Assembly: GCA_951406725.2 (NCBI GenBank)
Contig: OX597824.1
Location: 93,930,001 to 93,994,000, forward strand
Direction: 5' to 3'
Length of the DNA: 64,000 bases
Source: Octopus vulgaris
Taxonomy: Eukaryota
Below, piece after piece: positions 1-14,432 of this stretch; the first letter of the stretch is position 1, and each line of letters starts with the position of its first letter. The notes beneath the pieces are model-generated. The model made no database searches. It had not been told where the DNA came from and saw nothing but the letters and a program-made list of their open reading frames with translations. The position numbers and the translations under genes are program-made.

Positions 1-123
1 TACCGATCGAATAAGTACTAGGCTTCCAAATAATAAGTTCTGGGATCGATTTGCTCGACTAAAGGCGGTGCTCCAGCATGGCCACAGTCACATGACTGAA
101 ACAAGTAAGAGTAATAGTAAGAG
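1..123 (+). mobile_element. SINE family A, 3' part
   Basis: Matches the 3' end of the full copy at 5241-5720 (accgatagaataagtactaggctt...ctccagcatggccacagtca...gaaacaagtaa plus short repeated tail). Confidence 0.85.
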
Positions 124-257
124 TATCTATAAAACTGATCATAAAATATTAAATTTGATTTGAATAAAATTAGACATGTTTCAAACCATCTCAATTTTCT
201 TATAATTCGATTGTTAATATTAGTGGAATCGCACGCCAGTCGATTTCGGTGATGGAC

Positions 258-1045
258 TGGAAAGAATTATTAGCACGCCGGAAACAATGCTTACCGGCAT
301 TTTGTCCGTCTTTACGTTCTGAGTTCAAATTCAGCCGAGGTCGATTTTGTCTTTCATCCTTTCAGGATCAATAAATTAAATACCAGTTGCGCACTGGGGT
401 CGATCTAATCGACTGGCCGCCTCCCCCAAAATTTCGGGCCTTGTGCCTAGATTAGAAAAGAATATTAGTGGAATAGACTTTGCCTTTCATCCTTTCGGGA
501 TCGATAAATTAAGTACCAGTTGAACGCTGAGGTCGATGTAATCGATTTAATCCCCCCTCCATACTCCCCTTGTGGAAAGAATTTGAAATAATTAATTAAA
601 GACTCTATTAAGACGGCGTGATGGCAGAATCGTTAGCAAGCTAGACGCAAAGCTTAGCGGTATTTCGCCCGTCGAGTTGGCAGAAACGTTAGCACGCCGG
701 GCGAAATACTTAGCGGTATTTCGTCTGCCGCTACGTTCTGAGTTCAAATTCGGCCGAGGTAGACTTTGCCTTTCATCCTTTCGGGGTCGATTAGATAAGT
801 ATAATCGACTTAATCCGTTTGTCTGTCCTTATTTGTCCCTTCTGTGTTTAGCCCCTTGTGGGTAGTAAAGAAATAGGTATTCCGTCTGTCGCTACGTTCT
901 AACTTCAAATTCCACCGAGGTCGGCGTTGCCTTTCATCCTTTCGGGGACGATATATTAAGTACCAGTTGAACACTGCGGTCGATGTAATCGACTAGTCCC
1001 CTCCCCTCAAAAAGCTACCCTTGAAGGAAAATTTGAAACCATTAA
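258..1045 (+). mobile_element. Cluster of SINE family B copies and fragments (about 258-465, 476-595, 613-1045)
   Basis: Recurrent tggcagaa(a/t)cgttagcacgccggg head, gagttcaaattc B-box-like motif and gactttgcctttcatcctttcggggtcgataaattaagtaccag core. Confidence 0.85.
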
Positions 1046-1586
1046 TTATAGAGACTATTATAAGCTTTACTAATTTCAACTGACAATTTAAAATCGTTTT
1101 TTTTTCTGGCATTATTTAAAGCCACTTATTATTGAAAAATACACATTGAATATCAAATTTCCTTGGGGAACATAATTATGTAAATATAAGGATATTAATT
1201 CAGACTTTTGATTGACAAAGCTACGATGTATGTCTATGATATCTTATTATATGTTGTATATAATTTAGATCGTGAAAAACGAAATACGAATAGAATTTAT
1301 AATTTAACTAACTGCAGGATAACTGTTGCTAAGGCTGAATTGATATTGGAATTTAGTAAAGAATACACATATATATGAAAATCTAAACTGGATTTTTCTC
1401 AAAATGTAATGAATTTACATTTATGGGACAAAGATTGATTTTTCTCGCCTATGACAAAGTGGAAAAGGGTTCAAATCAGATAATATATGAGCTAGTTAAT
1501 TAATAAAAGCTGTTTCAGTTTATAGCAAATTTTACACACACACACATACACACGCATGTATGAATGAATGAATGTATGTATGTGTG

Positions 1587-1642
<56 letters not shown>

Positions 1643-2182
1643 TCACATATATATATATATATATATATATATGATATGTGAATATACTCGATGTAACGGG
1701 TAATGTGTTTTGGAGATTCAATATTGAAGCCGTGTTCAGTGTACTGTGACCTTAAAAGATTATAATTTACGCATATTAAATTCCAGAGTAAATGTTTTTG
1801 AGTCAATATAATTTCCCAAATTAATTTTGTTAAATATAGTTTATTGTTTAATTAGAAGTATTGATGATAACAAAATAGAGGATATGAAATCAATTATGTT
1901 AATAAGTGCGAAAATATAGGGGTAGCTTAAAAGAATTAATAATCAAATGAATTAGATAGGTCTGCACCTCAGTTTTTATGTATCAATAATTTATAATTAG
2001 ATGAATATATGCAAAAGTGAAGGATTTTTTTTTTCTGAGCTTTTCTGTCGCAGACGACAAATGAAGATTCTGCGATTCCCTGCTGAAGAACCTGCACAGA
2101 TGCTTTGTTTAAAGAAGGGTTTTTCAACCATTTTCTATCTATGGAACCATTTGATTATTATCTTATTCTTATTCTTATTTCT

Positions 2183-2540
2183 AAACATAGAGGGGACAAA
2201 AAAGGACAGACATCGACCCCAGTGCGTAACTGATACTTAATTTATCGATCCCGAAAGAATGAATGGCAAAGTCGACTTCGGCGGAATTTGAACTCAGAAC
2301 GTGACGGCAGACGAGATACCTATTTCTTTACTACCCACAAGGGGCTAAACACAGAAGGGACAAACAAGGACAGACACACGGATTAAGTCGATTATATCGA
2401 CCCCACTGCGTCACTGGTACTTAATTTAATGACCCCGAAAGGATGAAATGCAAAGTCGACCTCGGCGGAATTTGAACTCAGAACGTAACGGCATACGAAA
2501 TAACGCTAAGCACTAACGATTGTGCCAGCTCGCCGCCTTC
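2183..2540 (-). mobile_element. SINE family B, tandem (about 2 unit) form
   Basis: Reverse complement of the family B head (gccagctcgccgcc at about 2523-2538) followed by two core/tail units. Confidence 0.85.
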
Positions 2541-3029
2541 ATCACTGAATATGATATCAATTTATCTTACAATACGAAAGCGTTCTGACATATTTATGCG
2601 TGTTCAGTCGAAATGTCATTGGAGAAAAGCAAATAAAATAAGTAGAATATATTACAAAAATATAACAATATACAAATCATGTGATTTGATTAAATTGAGA
2701 AAAAATTTGAATACGACGGAAATTCATTTAAATATGTTACTATAAAATGTATGTTACTAGATTTAATAGGGAATTAAATTTATTTAGCATTCGTTAGTTA
2801 TTGCGAATGTGAATAGGGAATGGAAAGAATTGGTTGGTGTAGTTAAAAAAGTTATTAGCGATTAATGTGGTGTAATAAAATTTATATTAATTAAGATATT
2901 AGCGTTCAATACAAATTGATTCCTGCAAAATACAATATCGAAAGAAATACCGTGGTAGACGAACGTAAAGTTATCGGTTTCAAGTTTTGGTATCAGGCCA
3001 GTTGTTTCCGGGGAAGAAATTAAATCTAT

Positions 3030-3150
3030 TACCAGTGTTGGAATGGTGTTTGTTTTATCGAACCCGAAAAGATGAAAGGCAAAATCGAACCCCTCGGAAT
3101 TTGAAATCCGAACGTAAAGGCGGACGAAAAACCGATGAGCATTTAGCGCA
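3030..3150 (-). mobile_element. Decayed SINE family B fragment
   Basis: ccgaaaagatgaaaggcaaaatcga...ggaatttgaaatccgaacgt resembles the reverse-complemented core. Confidence 0.65.
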
Positions 3151-3205
3151 ATTTACTAGGGATTTTACTACCCATTAATGAAGTTTTTAGCCTTTATTTG
3201 AACTT

Positions 3206-3243
<38 letters not shown>

Positions 3244-3247
<4 letters not shown>

Positions 3248-3427
3248 AGACCGTTAGCCACTACACATATTTTTTTCTCTCCTTGTTTTTTTTCTGTGTC
3301 CCTTTCTGTAGAAGAGTGTAGGCTCTAAACGTAAAATACTTTTTCTATTCCTGAGCGTTATATTAATACATCTACTTGTTTTCTACACCACCTGTCTTCG
3401 TCTTTTGTTTTTTTCGTAAACTCTCCC
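3244..3427 (+). mobile_element. Short (TA)n-embedded retroposon, family E, decayed hammerhead motif
   Basis: Same sequence as 28380-28573 and 48505-48658, ending ctctccc then (TA)n. The GAAA motif is mutated to TAAA here. Confidence 0.75.
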
Positions 3428-3461
3428 TACATATATATATACATATAAATATGTATATGTG

Positions 3462-3552
<91 letters not shown>

Positions 3553-4524
3553 TTTTGTGTGTATGTCATGGTCCAGTTTTATTTCAAGATTTCTTGCTAA
3601 TAGAGAAAAAGCCGGTTTCTAACATAGATCCAAGGTTCCTTCATTAGAACTTCAACATCAACCACAGGGTACTTTTGCTTGTTTGTATGTATGTATGTAT
3701 TTATACACATCTGTTTTCTCACTTCATTCCTTTCAAAGGAAAAGCAGAGTCTCGAAACGTCAATGAATTCTTCCGTTTTCGTATGTGTCTATATGTGTGT
3801 GCATATATTTTTACACGACTATAAATAGGTATGTGTGTGTATTGTATTTTGAGAGTCTTTTTCTTTTTACCTATATAATCTATGCTTATTAATTTCACTC
3901 TGCGAGATAGTCAGAGCCAGCGATTTCATTGCCAAAATGGTCCTCACAAAATACTACGCCTACTGCCTCCACACAATACCATATCAAGATTCTTGCAACC
4001 GTTACACAAACTGTTTATATAACCATAATTATATACGTGTGTGTCAGATTGTATGTTGTTTGGGAATAACTATAAATATATATATAAAATAAAATTTATG
4101 TGCCTGTCCGTGTATGTATGTGTACGTGCGCGCGGGCATTTAGTACAGAATTCTTTTGTGAAAAACAAAGAATTTGCGATTTACGTGGCGAAGTTTGAAG
4201 CAATCATTTCTAATGGCAAAAGAATGATAAATGTAAAGTTTTTCTTCATCTGAGTACGACCAATATAATTATTAATGGTAGGATTAACATTAGTGATTTC
4301 ATCCATAAAACTGGAATCTTCTATGCAAAAATTTAACCATGTTTTGCTAATTGAAATAAAGGAATATGGTTTCCATAGCTTGTGTGAAAATGAATTCTAA
4401 AGGCATTTACAAATTGATCATCAAGCGAAGCCTAGAAGAGCTTATTTTTATGTTCGACTGTAATCCTTTGGTTCCTTAATTAATTCAGAGTAGCGAGAGG
4501 CGTATAAAATATATATACACACAT

Positions 4525-4605
<81 letters not shown>

Positions 4606-4793
4606 TATATATATATATACATACATATACATGCATATGTATATAATTGACCAGAGGGTTTTGTTTTGGATGTTTTTGTAGTAGAACAACATATATTGCG
4701 GTATGCATATACAAAAACACACACACGTACACACACATACACAAACATATATGTATGTGGATATATATATACACATATATGTATGTATGTATG

Positions 4794-4844
<51 letters not shown>

Positions 4845-5240
4845 GAATGCATACGTGAATATGCGTGTATGTGTAAACGAATTAACCGCATGAATATATA
4901 CATATGAACATGTGTGTGAGTATGTGTGTGTGTATGTCTGTGTGTCTGTGTGTGTGAGTACGTGTGAGTGTCGGTGGATTTCTGTGTGTGTGAGTATGTG
5001 TGCGTGCGTGCGTGTTTATGTGTGTGTATGTGTGTGTATATGTCTTTCTCCGTGTATGTATGTGTGTGCGTGTCTGTGTATGTCTGTGATTGTGAGAAGT
5101 ATGTGTATGTGCGTGTGTGTGTGCCATTTGTTGTTAATTTTGTGGGTGTATTGCGATAATAGAATGAGTTCAATGTTTTTGAAAAATTTTACAGAAGATG
5201 TATGAACCGGAAACATTTTACTTTCAAACAGTGTGCTAAA

Positions 5241-5426
5241 GGCGCAGGCGTGGCTGTGTTTTAAGGAGCTTGCTTCCCAACCACGTCGTCCTGCGTTCAG
5301 TCCCACTGCCTGGTACTTTGGGTAAATGACTTGTACTATAGTCTTGAGCCGACCAAAGCCTTGTGAGTGATTTTGGTAGACAGAAACTGAAACAAGCTAT
5401 ATATATATATATATATATGTGTGTGT

Positions 5427-5458
<32 letters not shown>

Positions 5459-5720
5459 GTGTTTGTATGTGTGTGTGTGTGTGTGTGTGTGAGTGTGTGT
5501 GTGTGTGTATGTGTGTGTTTGTCCCCCAACATCGCTTGGCAACCCATGCTGGTGTGTTTACGTCTCCGTAACTTAGCGTTTCAGCCAAATAGACCGATAG
5601 AATAAGTACTAGGCTTACAAAGTATAAGTCTTGGGGTCGATTTGTTCGGCTAAAGGCGATGCTCCAGCATGGCCACAGTCAACTGGTTGAAGCAAGTAAA
5701 GCAATAAAAGAATAAAAGAG
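5241..5720 (+). mobile_element. SINE family A, full length, with internal (TA)n(TG)n microsatellite
   Basis: tRNA-like head (A-box-like tggctgtg, B-box-like gttcagtccc), conserved body, internal microsatellite, (taaaaga)n tail. About 15 homologous copies in the window. Confidence 0.9.
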
Positions 5721-5967
5721 TGTTTTGTCATTCCCCGTTCTAAATAGATGGTGAACCAACAAGTAATGTTGCACTCGTATGGCTAGTGAAACAGTTGCAG
5801 TCCTGAAGTTTGCAACGTTCAGATTTACGTTTGATTTCCTTTATTAGATTTATCATTTGTACACTTTTTTCTCCAGTTTTTATGCTTTCGATAGAGGGTT
5901 TTGGTTTTGATGAAGCTTTTGTCGTATAATGATTATTCTTGGAGTGTGCATATACATATATAATATA

Positions 5968-6395
<428 letters not shown>

Positions 6396-6861
6396 ATCGC
6401 TCATTTCTTTTGATTTACTGACATAAACCTCTAAAAACCATTTGGCTGTTGTTGTGCTGACAGCTCCGTCTCTTCAAACAAACTCAACAACCTGTTCGAA
6501 ATGAAAATTATGTCATATTCTCTAACATGAATATTAATTTCGCTCAGTTCCCACTTCCGTTGCAGCGCGTGCGGTCTGCCCCCACCACCGACCAGGCTCC
6601 TTACATGCAATGAAAAACAGTGACAGCTTAATCGTCTTTAGATATATGCGCGCGCACGTGTCCCCACAGACCTATAAATGCATGTGACGTATACACACAC
6701 ACACTCATATATGTATACACACGCACACACACACATATATATATGTGTGTGCATACACAAATTAATATACGTGAATATGTCATACAATATATCATATATA
6801 TATAGATATATTTATTTACATTTATATATACAGGTACGCATATAGAGGCCTGTATGTAAGC

Positions 6862-6911
<50 letters not shown>

Positions 6912-7080
6912 ATGTAGTAAATATACAGTTCTCTGCGTGTTTAATGCCTACGCTTGATTATATATTTGACAACAGTCTGAGATTTTTTTTTTATTATAAA
7001 CGTTCAATTTTCAGATTTCATCTGACACATATAAATGTGCGGGGTTGTAGGTTTGTGTGTGTGGTACGTACATATGCATT

Positions 7081-7144
<64 letters not shown>

Positions 7145-7700
7145 CATATACACACATATATACATACATGCATACATATATATATATATATGTAAATATT
7201 TAATCATGTTCTACAATATTTCAGCAAATTTATATGAGATTTCCACTGAGGTATTACTTTAGAAGCAATGCATTAATGTGTATTTGTTGAAAATATATAA
7301 ATTCTTATGTGTATGCATTTACGAATAAGTGTCCGTCTCTTTGTGTATCTGTATGCATGCGTATGTTTGTGTTTCCATGTTTTAAACGTTGTTATTGTAA
7401 GTCTGTCTGAGTGCGTGGGTGTGTAATGGGAATATTTTATCCAATATAACTTACATGAGATTTACGGATTAGATTTGACCACTGCTTGTTCATCCTCCGT
7501 CAACGAAGCCGTTGTAATTAAAATCCAAACAAACATAAATCCGCACACACTTACAAATATACAAATACATGATCACACATATACACAAGCCCATTTCCAC
7601 GCGCACATTCTATATGTTATGAATTCAAACGAAATCTTTAGTGTAAATGAAAGTAGACACGCATATAGGATGTACATACATATATATATTTCTATGTCAA

Positions 7701-8022
7701 GGCGCATCGCTCAGTGGTTAGAGCGTCGAGCTTACGATCGCGATGTTGTGAGTTCGAATTCCGGACCGGGCTGCGTGTTGCGTTCTTGAGCAAGACACTT
7801 TATTTCCCGTTGCTCCAGTTCACTCAGCTGTAAAAATGAGTTGTGACGTCACTGGTGCCAAGCTGTATCAGCCCCTTTGCCTTTCCCTTGGATAGCACTG
7901 GTGGCGTGGAGAGGGGAGGCCGGTATGTATGGGTGACTGCTGGTCACCCATGCCCGGACTTGTGCCTCAGAGAGTAACACTCTAGGTGCAATCCCAAAGT
8001 CAGTCATGACCGAAGGGGATCT
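7701..8022 (+). mobile_element. tRNA-derived SINE family C
   Basis: ggcgcatcgctcagtggttagagcg (A box), gagttcgaattcc (B box), then gttcttgagcaagacacttt...ctccagttcactcagctgtaaaaatgag. Head and core are homologous to 44579-44730. Confidence 0.8.
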
Positions 8023-8305
8023 CAGCATATATATAAGCGTATGTAAAACACAAAATACTCATACACACATAGTTATCTACACATTTATAAGCAACAAACA
8101 CATGCATTCATATACAGACAGACATACACACACATATACACTTACATTCATACATACACAAACATATAATATATGCATATACATATGTTCAAGATAGGCT
8201 TCCACACAGTTTCCATTTATGAAATTACCTCTAAAGCCAATGTCCGCTTCAGGTTCATCTATGGGACTGACCGTGAATGCCCATTGCTGCGATTTTCTGA
8301 TCATG

Positions 8306-8336
<31 letters not shown>

Positions 8337-8363
8337 TTATTTATTTATATACATTGCTATGGT

Positions 8364-8731
8364 ACTCCGTCGGTTACGACAACGAGGGTTCCAGTTGATC
8401 CAATAAACGGAACAGCCAGCTCGTGAAATTAGCGTGCAAGTGGCTGAGTACTCCAATGACACGTCTACCCTTAACGTAGTTCTCGGAGAGATTCAGCGTG
8501 ACATAGAGTGTGACAAGGCTGGCCCTTTTGAAATACAGGTACAAGAGAAACAGGAAGAAAGAGTGCGAGAAAGTTTTTATGAAAGATTACAGAAGGGATC
8601 GCGACCAACCCCTGCCGGAACGTCGTGGAGCTTTAAGTGTTTTCGCTCATTAAACACACACAACGCCCGGTCTGGGAATCGGAACCCCGATTCTACGACC
8701 GCGTATTCGCTGCCCTAACCACTGGGTTATT

Positions 8732-8732
<1 letters not shown>
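8364..8732 (-). mobile_element. tRNA-derived SINE family D (tail type 1)
   Basis: Minus-strand head cccagtggttagggcagcg...gttccgattcccagaccgggcgttg, shared with 24866, 28593 and 56624. Confidence 0.8.
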
Positions 8733-8781
<49 letters not shown>

Positions 8782-8790
8782 CAGATAGAC

Positions 8791-8881
<91 letters not shown>

Positions 8882-8890
8882 CAGATAGAT
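8732..8890. repeat. (AGAT)n microsatellite
   Basis: Direct reading. Confidence 0.95.
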
Positions 8891-8934
8891 ATACGTGTAT
8901 GTGTGTGTGTGTATGTGTACATATTCCTTTAATT

Positions 8935-9323
8935 ATTTTACTTGTTTCAGTCATTTAACTGCGGCCATGCTGGATCACCGCCTTTAGTAGAACAAATCGA
9001 ACCCAGGGTTTATTCTTTCTAAGCCCAGGACTTATTCTATTGGTGTCTTTTGCTGAACTGCTAAGTTACGAGGACATAAACACGCCAGCATCGGTTGTCA
9101 AACGATGTTGGGGTGACAAACACAGACACACAAACATAGACACATACATATATATACATATATACGACGGGCTTCTTTCAGTTTCCGTCTACCAAATCCA
9201 TTCACAAGGCTTTGGTCGGCCCGAGGTTATAGCAGAAGACATTTGCCCAAGGTTCCACGCAGTGGGACTGAACCCGGAACTATGTGGTTGGTAAGCAAGC
9301 TACTTACCACACAGCCTCTCCTC
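8935..9323 (-). mobile_element. SINE family A, near full length
   Basis: Reverse complement of the family A sequence with a short internal microsatellite. Confidence 0.9.
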
Positions 9324-9538
9324 ATATGAATATATAAATGTATATACACATATGTATGGACAGATGTCTATATATATACATATATATATATATATATGCA
9401 TATATGCATATACGAGTATTTATTAATATCCGTAACTACATAGATTCGCCTAAGCACACCTACACCCACATCAATGTGTATGTGTGTTTGTGCGTGTGTG
9501 TATGTGTGCGTGTGTGTGTGCGTGCGTGTCTGTGTGTG

Positions 9539-9569
<31 letters not shown>

Positions 9570-9979
9570 ACACTCATATTCATAGTCGACAAGAAGTAAT
9601 TTATCGAATCTTAGAATATTTTCCACGCAAATAAATTTTCACAATGCGTCCATACTTTTTTTAAGATTATTGTATTTATGCTTTTTATATTTTTCCGTTC
9701 CTGTCTCTCGACTGTTTTGCGTTGCTTTTCACATTTTTTTTCTTTTTTATATTTCACTTCTCTCACATTCACACACCCAACCTCTCCCTTTCTTTGCCCG
9801 CCACTCACTCTCCCCTTCGGTCTCCATCTCCCTATACACACACCTACACACACACACACACACACATATATATACACAATACACACACATACACAATAAC
9901 TAAATATACACACAGTCATATACATATAGAAAGAGAGAGATATAGAGTGAGAGACAGAGATACATGCATGCACACATAG

Positions 9980-10374
9980 CTAAATATACATCTATATACA
10001 TATACTTAGATACACATATATACGTATATATAGATATAGATATATACATATATACATATATATTTATGTATATACATAAACATATATATATACATATATA
10101 TATGAATAGATATATATGCATGAATATATATGAATATATATATATATATACATGATTATATATAGACATATATGTATACTTATATACATATATGTATATA
10201 CATATATATTTATATGTAGATATGTAATATGTACATACATATATATTTGTATGTATATATGTATATATATATATATACATGTATATATATATATATATAC
10301 ATATGTATATATATACATATATATATATGTATATATATATGTACATACATATATATATATATGTATATATGTAC

Positions 10375-10413
<39 letters not shown>

Positions 10414-10462
10414 TATATATATACATGTATATATATATAAACATATATATGCATATATATAT

Positions 10463-10510
<48 letters not shown>
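9980..10510. repeat. Degenerate (TA)n/(TACA)n low-complexity tract
   Basis: Direct reading. Confidence 0.9.
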
Positions 10511-10513
<3 letters not shown>

Positions 10514-10891
10514 CACATAAAACACAAACACGCGCGCGAACACCATCGTACGTTTTATAAACCATAGAATACCATACAGGCTCTCTGTATTTTATTAAAA
10601 CTATATGTGTGTGTGTGTGTGTACGTATATATACACTTGTCTACGTGTGCGTGCGCGCGCTTATACATCTTCCTCTCAAACCACTCTCTTGTTTTTAATC
10701 TTCTCATGTTGTCCACTTCTCCTTTTCTGTCCCCCCCCGCTCCTTACTCTCCTTTCCACTTGTTTCTTCTTGTTTGTCTCTTTCTCACCCAGCTTCTTCG
10801 TACTTTCCTCGCCTGTCCGCCATCGTAATCTTTTTTATATCTGGTTTACATAGAGAATCTTCTCTATCGGAGCTGTCTCTCCCTCTGTGTA

Positions 10892-10929
<38 letters not shown>

Positions 10930-11103
10930 TATCCACTTAGCTGTCGGTATACGTACATGTCTCTCTCTCCGTCTTTCTACTTCTCTATCTGCCTCATTGC
11001 ATTGCTATATACATATATATATATATATATATAATTCAACGCATATATATATATATATATATATACAGGTATATGTTTTGCAAAATAGTGGTTTTGTCTC
11101 TAA

Positions 11104-11195
<92 letters not shown>

Positions 11196-11328
11196 ATACA
11201 TATATACAGATATGTGTGTGTGTATGCATACACATGAATATACACATATATACACTGAGAGAAAGAGAAAATGAGAGAGATAAGTAGGCAGACAGCGAGT
11301 CAGATGATGACATATTGCCATAGGCTCA

Positions 11329-11401
<73 letters not shown>

Positions 11402-11619
11402 GGTGTGCTCTAGCATGGTCACAGTGTTAGGGATGAAACATATAACAGAATAAAAGAATAAAAGAAATATATATGTACGAATTCACTTATGTTTATAGTC
11501 TTGTGTGCATTAGGAAACGCACACACACACACTCACACACACACACACTGAGAGACAGAAACAGGCAGATGATTCAAAATTCCATATAAGACGGCTTGAT
11601 TGGTGATGGTTTATAGTTG

Positions 11620-11900
11620 TCCTTGCCTAAAAATAGAAATTTATACAGGTAGATGAGTAAGTATTTCAATAAATACGAAGGTATGCAACTGCGGATGTAG
11701 TCAGGTATTTGGTGAAGTAAGTTAGAAGCGGGGAAAGAAAAAGAATGGACAATATAATTCCTGTGAAAGAATTTTCAATTTGATATCCGCTATAGAGTGA
11801 CAATTCTACAACTATTTTACAAGAGAAGACAATAATATACTTGACGGTGTTGCCATTTTTTCCTTTAACATGAGTCGCAGAGCAACAAGCTGTTTTGTAT
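11620..11900 (-). pseudogene. Possible decayed Penelope-like GIY-YIG endonuclease fragment
   Basis: Minus-strand translation YQIENSFTGII...AYLRIY and a nearby HLPV loosely follow the order I..SFTC...EHLRDI...LPV that I recall for PLE endonucleases. Heavily degraded. Confidence 0.25.
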
Positions 11901-12229
11901 TCGTGTGCCAAATTCTCAACATGTTTCAATTGTCGGTTAGAATAAATTTTCTGCAAATAGATCTTTAAAAAATTCATAAGCGTCACAGAATTGCAATTGT
12001 AATATTCCGTTTTCTTTTTGTTTCTTTATTTTTAGTTTTTAATATTAAATTTGTCGTCTGCTTTTGCGTTGAACATATATATATAAATGTCACCTACGTA
12101 CGTTTCCTCCCGGCTCACTTCACTTCTTTCATATCTCTTCTTTTCCTTTTCTGTTCTCCCGCCTCTGTTCCCCCCCCCCTTGTAACTGAAGAACATCAAT
12201 GCCCGAAACGTTACGCTTTTGTTCTTTCA

Positions 12230-12442
12230 CTTATTTCAGTCATTTGACTGCAGCCAAGCTCGAGCTCCACCTTAAGAGGTTTTAGTCGAAGAAATTGACC
12301 CAACGACTTGTCCTTTCTAGGCCTAGTACTCATTCTATCGGTCTCTTTTGCCAAACCGCAAGGTTACGTGGACGTCAGCACACCAGCATCCGTCGTCAAG
12401 CTATAGTAGTGGGAGACCAAACACAGAAATATATATACATAC

Positions 12443-12505
<63 letters not shown>
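12230..12505 (-). mobile_element. SINE family A, 3' half ending in its internal microsatellite
   Basis: tttcagtcatttgactgcagcc...ggcctagtactcattctatcggtctcttttgcc... Confidence 0.8.
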
Positions 12506-12506
<1 letters not shown>

Positions 12507-12644
12507 TTTTGTGTGTGTGTGTATATATATATATTTAATTAGAGGTCGTGGAGTAAAATCATAATTAATTAATCCTTCTGTATTCTTTTACCCAAAGCCA
12601 GGAATTTTTCACCATGCTCTCGTATGTGTGTATGTAGTTTTTTT

Positions 12645-12845
12645 TTTTGTTTTAATCATTTGACTGCGGTCATGCTGGAGCAGCGCTTTTAGTCGAACAA
12701 ATCGACCGCAGGACTTATTCTTCGTCAGCCTAGTACTTATTCCACCGGTTTCTTTTACCGAACCGCTAAGATACGGGAACGTAAACACACCAACATCGGC
12801 TGTCAAGCGATGATTGGAGGACAAACACAGACATAAGAACACATG

Positions 12846-12878
<33 letters not shown>

Positions 12879-13028
12879 GACGGGCTTCTTTCAGTTTCCG
12901 TCTACAAAATACACTCACAAGGCTTTGGTATAGTAGAAGACACTTGTCTAAGGTGCCACGCAGTGGGACTGAACCCGGAACCATGTGGCTGGTAAACAAA
13001 CTATTTCCCACACAGCCACTCCTGCGCC
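12645..13028 (-). mobile_element. SINE family A, full length with small internal deletion
   Basis: Ends cacagccactcctgcgcc, the reverse complement of the head. Confidence 0.9.
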
Positions 13029-14093
13029 TATAGGATAAATAAATAGACAAACACACAGGAAAGATAAAACATCTGAAATGCATAAATTTCTACATCAACT
13101 TTGTGTTTGTGTGTGTGTATCTGTGTGTGTGTGTGTGCGTGCGTCTGTTCAGACGTTACGAAAGTGGAGATTACTAAGAGATTGGTCGAAGAGCTTTTGG
13201 CACTGCACTGTTGAGTCGTTCAGTAAGAATTCTATCGCTGTTTGGTTCGGTAAAAGAAATGCAAATCTCATGTAGACTTTGGAAAGTCATCGGCGTCGTT
13301 GTCATGACATCTGAAGAACAATCTCTCATTCTACATCCACATCTATATCTGTCACTGTCACATACATTTCATTCCTTTGCATTTGGCTTTCAGATGTCTG
13401 TCCCCTAAAGACAAGACCCAATGCTTTTAGGGCCAGTGTTTAACTAAGCTGATCTCGCTGAACAATCAAAAGGTCCCCTCGCTTGTTTATCTAATTTCCT
13501 AAACGCTTAAACCCCTTCCCTTCTCTTCTTGTCATCTCGTGTTCTTGTTTAACTGCCAAACTGTCTAAATTGAAATATACGTTTCCCTTTACCGAATTCA
13601 AAAGAATTCTAAGGAATTCTAAGGAATTCTACGTAGTTCTGCTGTATATGATTATGCGTGTGGAAGGGGTCAGTGGTAGACCTTGTGAGAGAGAGAAAGC
13701 TCTGATGGAAGATGTTCAAGGAGGTGGCGGTAGAAAAGGGGCGCTGGTGCCGACGGTGGTCCTCTATTTCATGATGGTAGCTGTGATGGTGAAAAGGGTA
13801 ACGATGACGGCCGGGGTTGGGATGACGTTGCTGACGTCATCATAACGATGCATTTGGTGGTATTAATAAGGAAGTCAACAGAGATGATGATAAAATGGCT
13901 TTGATGATAATAGTAGCGGTGTCGGTGACGGTATTTCTATCGCCATTGTTAATGCTTCTCCTCCCCTCCTCTTCCACCACTTCCTCCTCCAATTTCATCA
14001 TCATCATCATCATCATCGTTATCATCATCATTGATCTTTTCATCTCTTTCTACTCTTTCATTTACTTCTACTACTACTACTACTGCTAGTAAT

Positions 14094-14136
14094 AGTGGTG
14101 GTGGAGTTGGTGGTGGTGGTGGTGGTGGTGGTGGTG

Positions 14137-14186
<50 letters not shown>

Positions 14187-14213
14187 TGCAGCAGCAGCAG
14201 CAGCAGCAGTAGC

Positions 14214-14273
<60 letters not shown>
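14094..14273. repeat. Compound (GGT)n(AGT)n(GCA)n(AGT)n triplet microsatellite
   Basis: Direct reading. Confidence 0.95.
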
Positions 14274-14432
14274 CGCGTGAAAGCAGTAATGTGAGTAAAC
14301 CAATATTTATATCAGTTCGTCCCAAACATATTTGAACATATAAGCCTAAATTATCTGACTTGCCGAACCGCTATACCGCAGGGACAAAAACAAACCAACA
14401 CCACTGATCGACCCGGTGCTATAATAGAAAAA

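Noticed and set aside
3606-3652. Minus-strand CUAAUGA...GAAACCGGCU
   Set aside because: G5 and U16.1 are altered and there is no helix I; at most a very decayed relic.
7701-7775. tRNA gene-like sequence (also 24866 and 56850-56924)
   Set aside because: A and B boxes are present, but there is no clean acceptor stem or oligo-T terminator and each runs straight into a SINE body.
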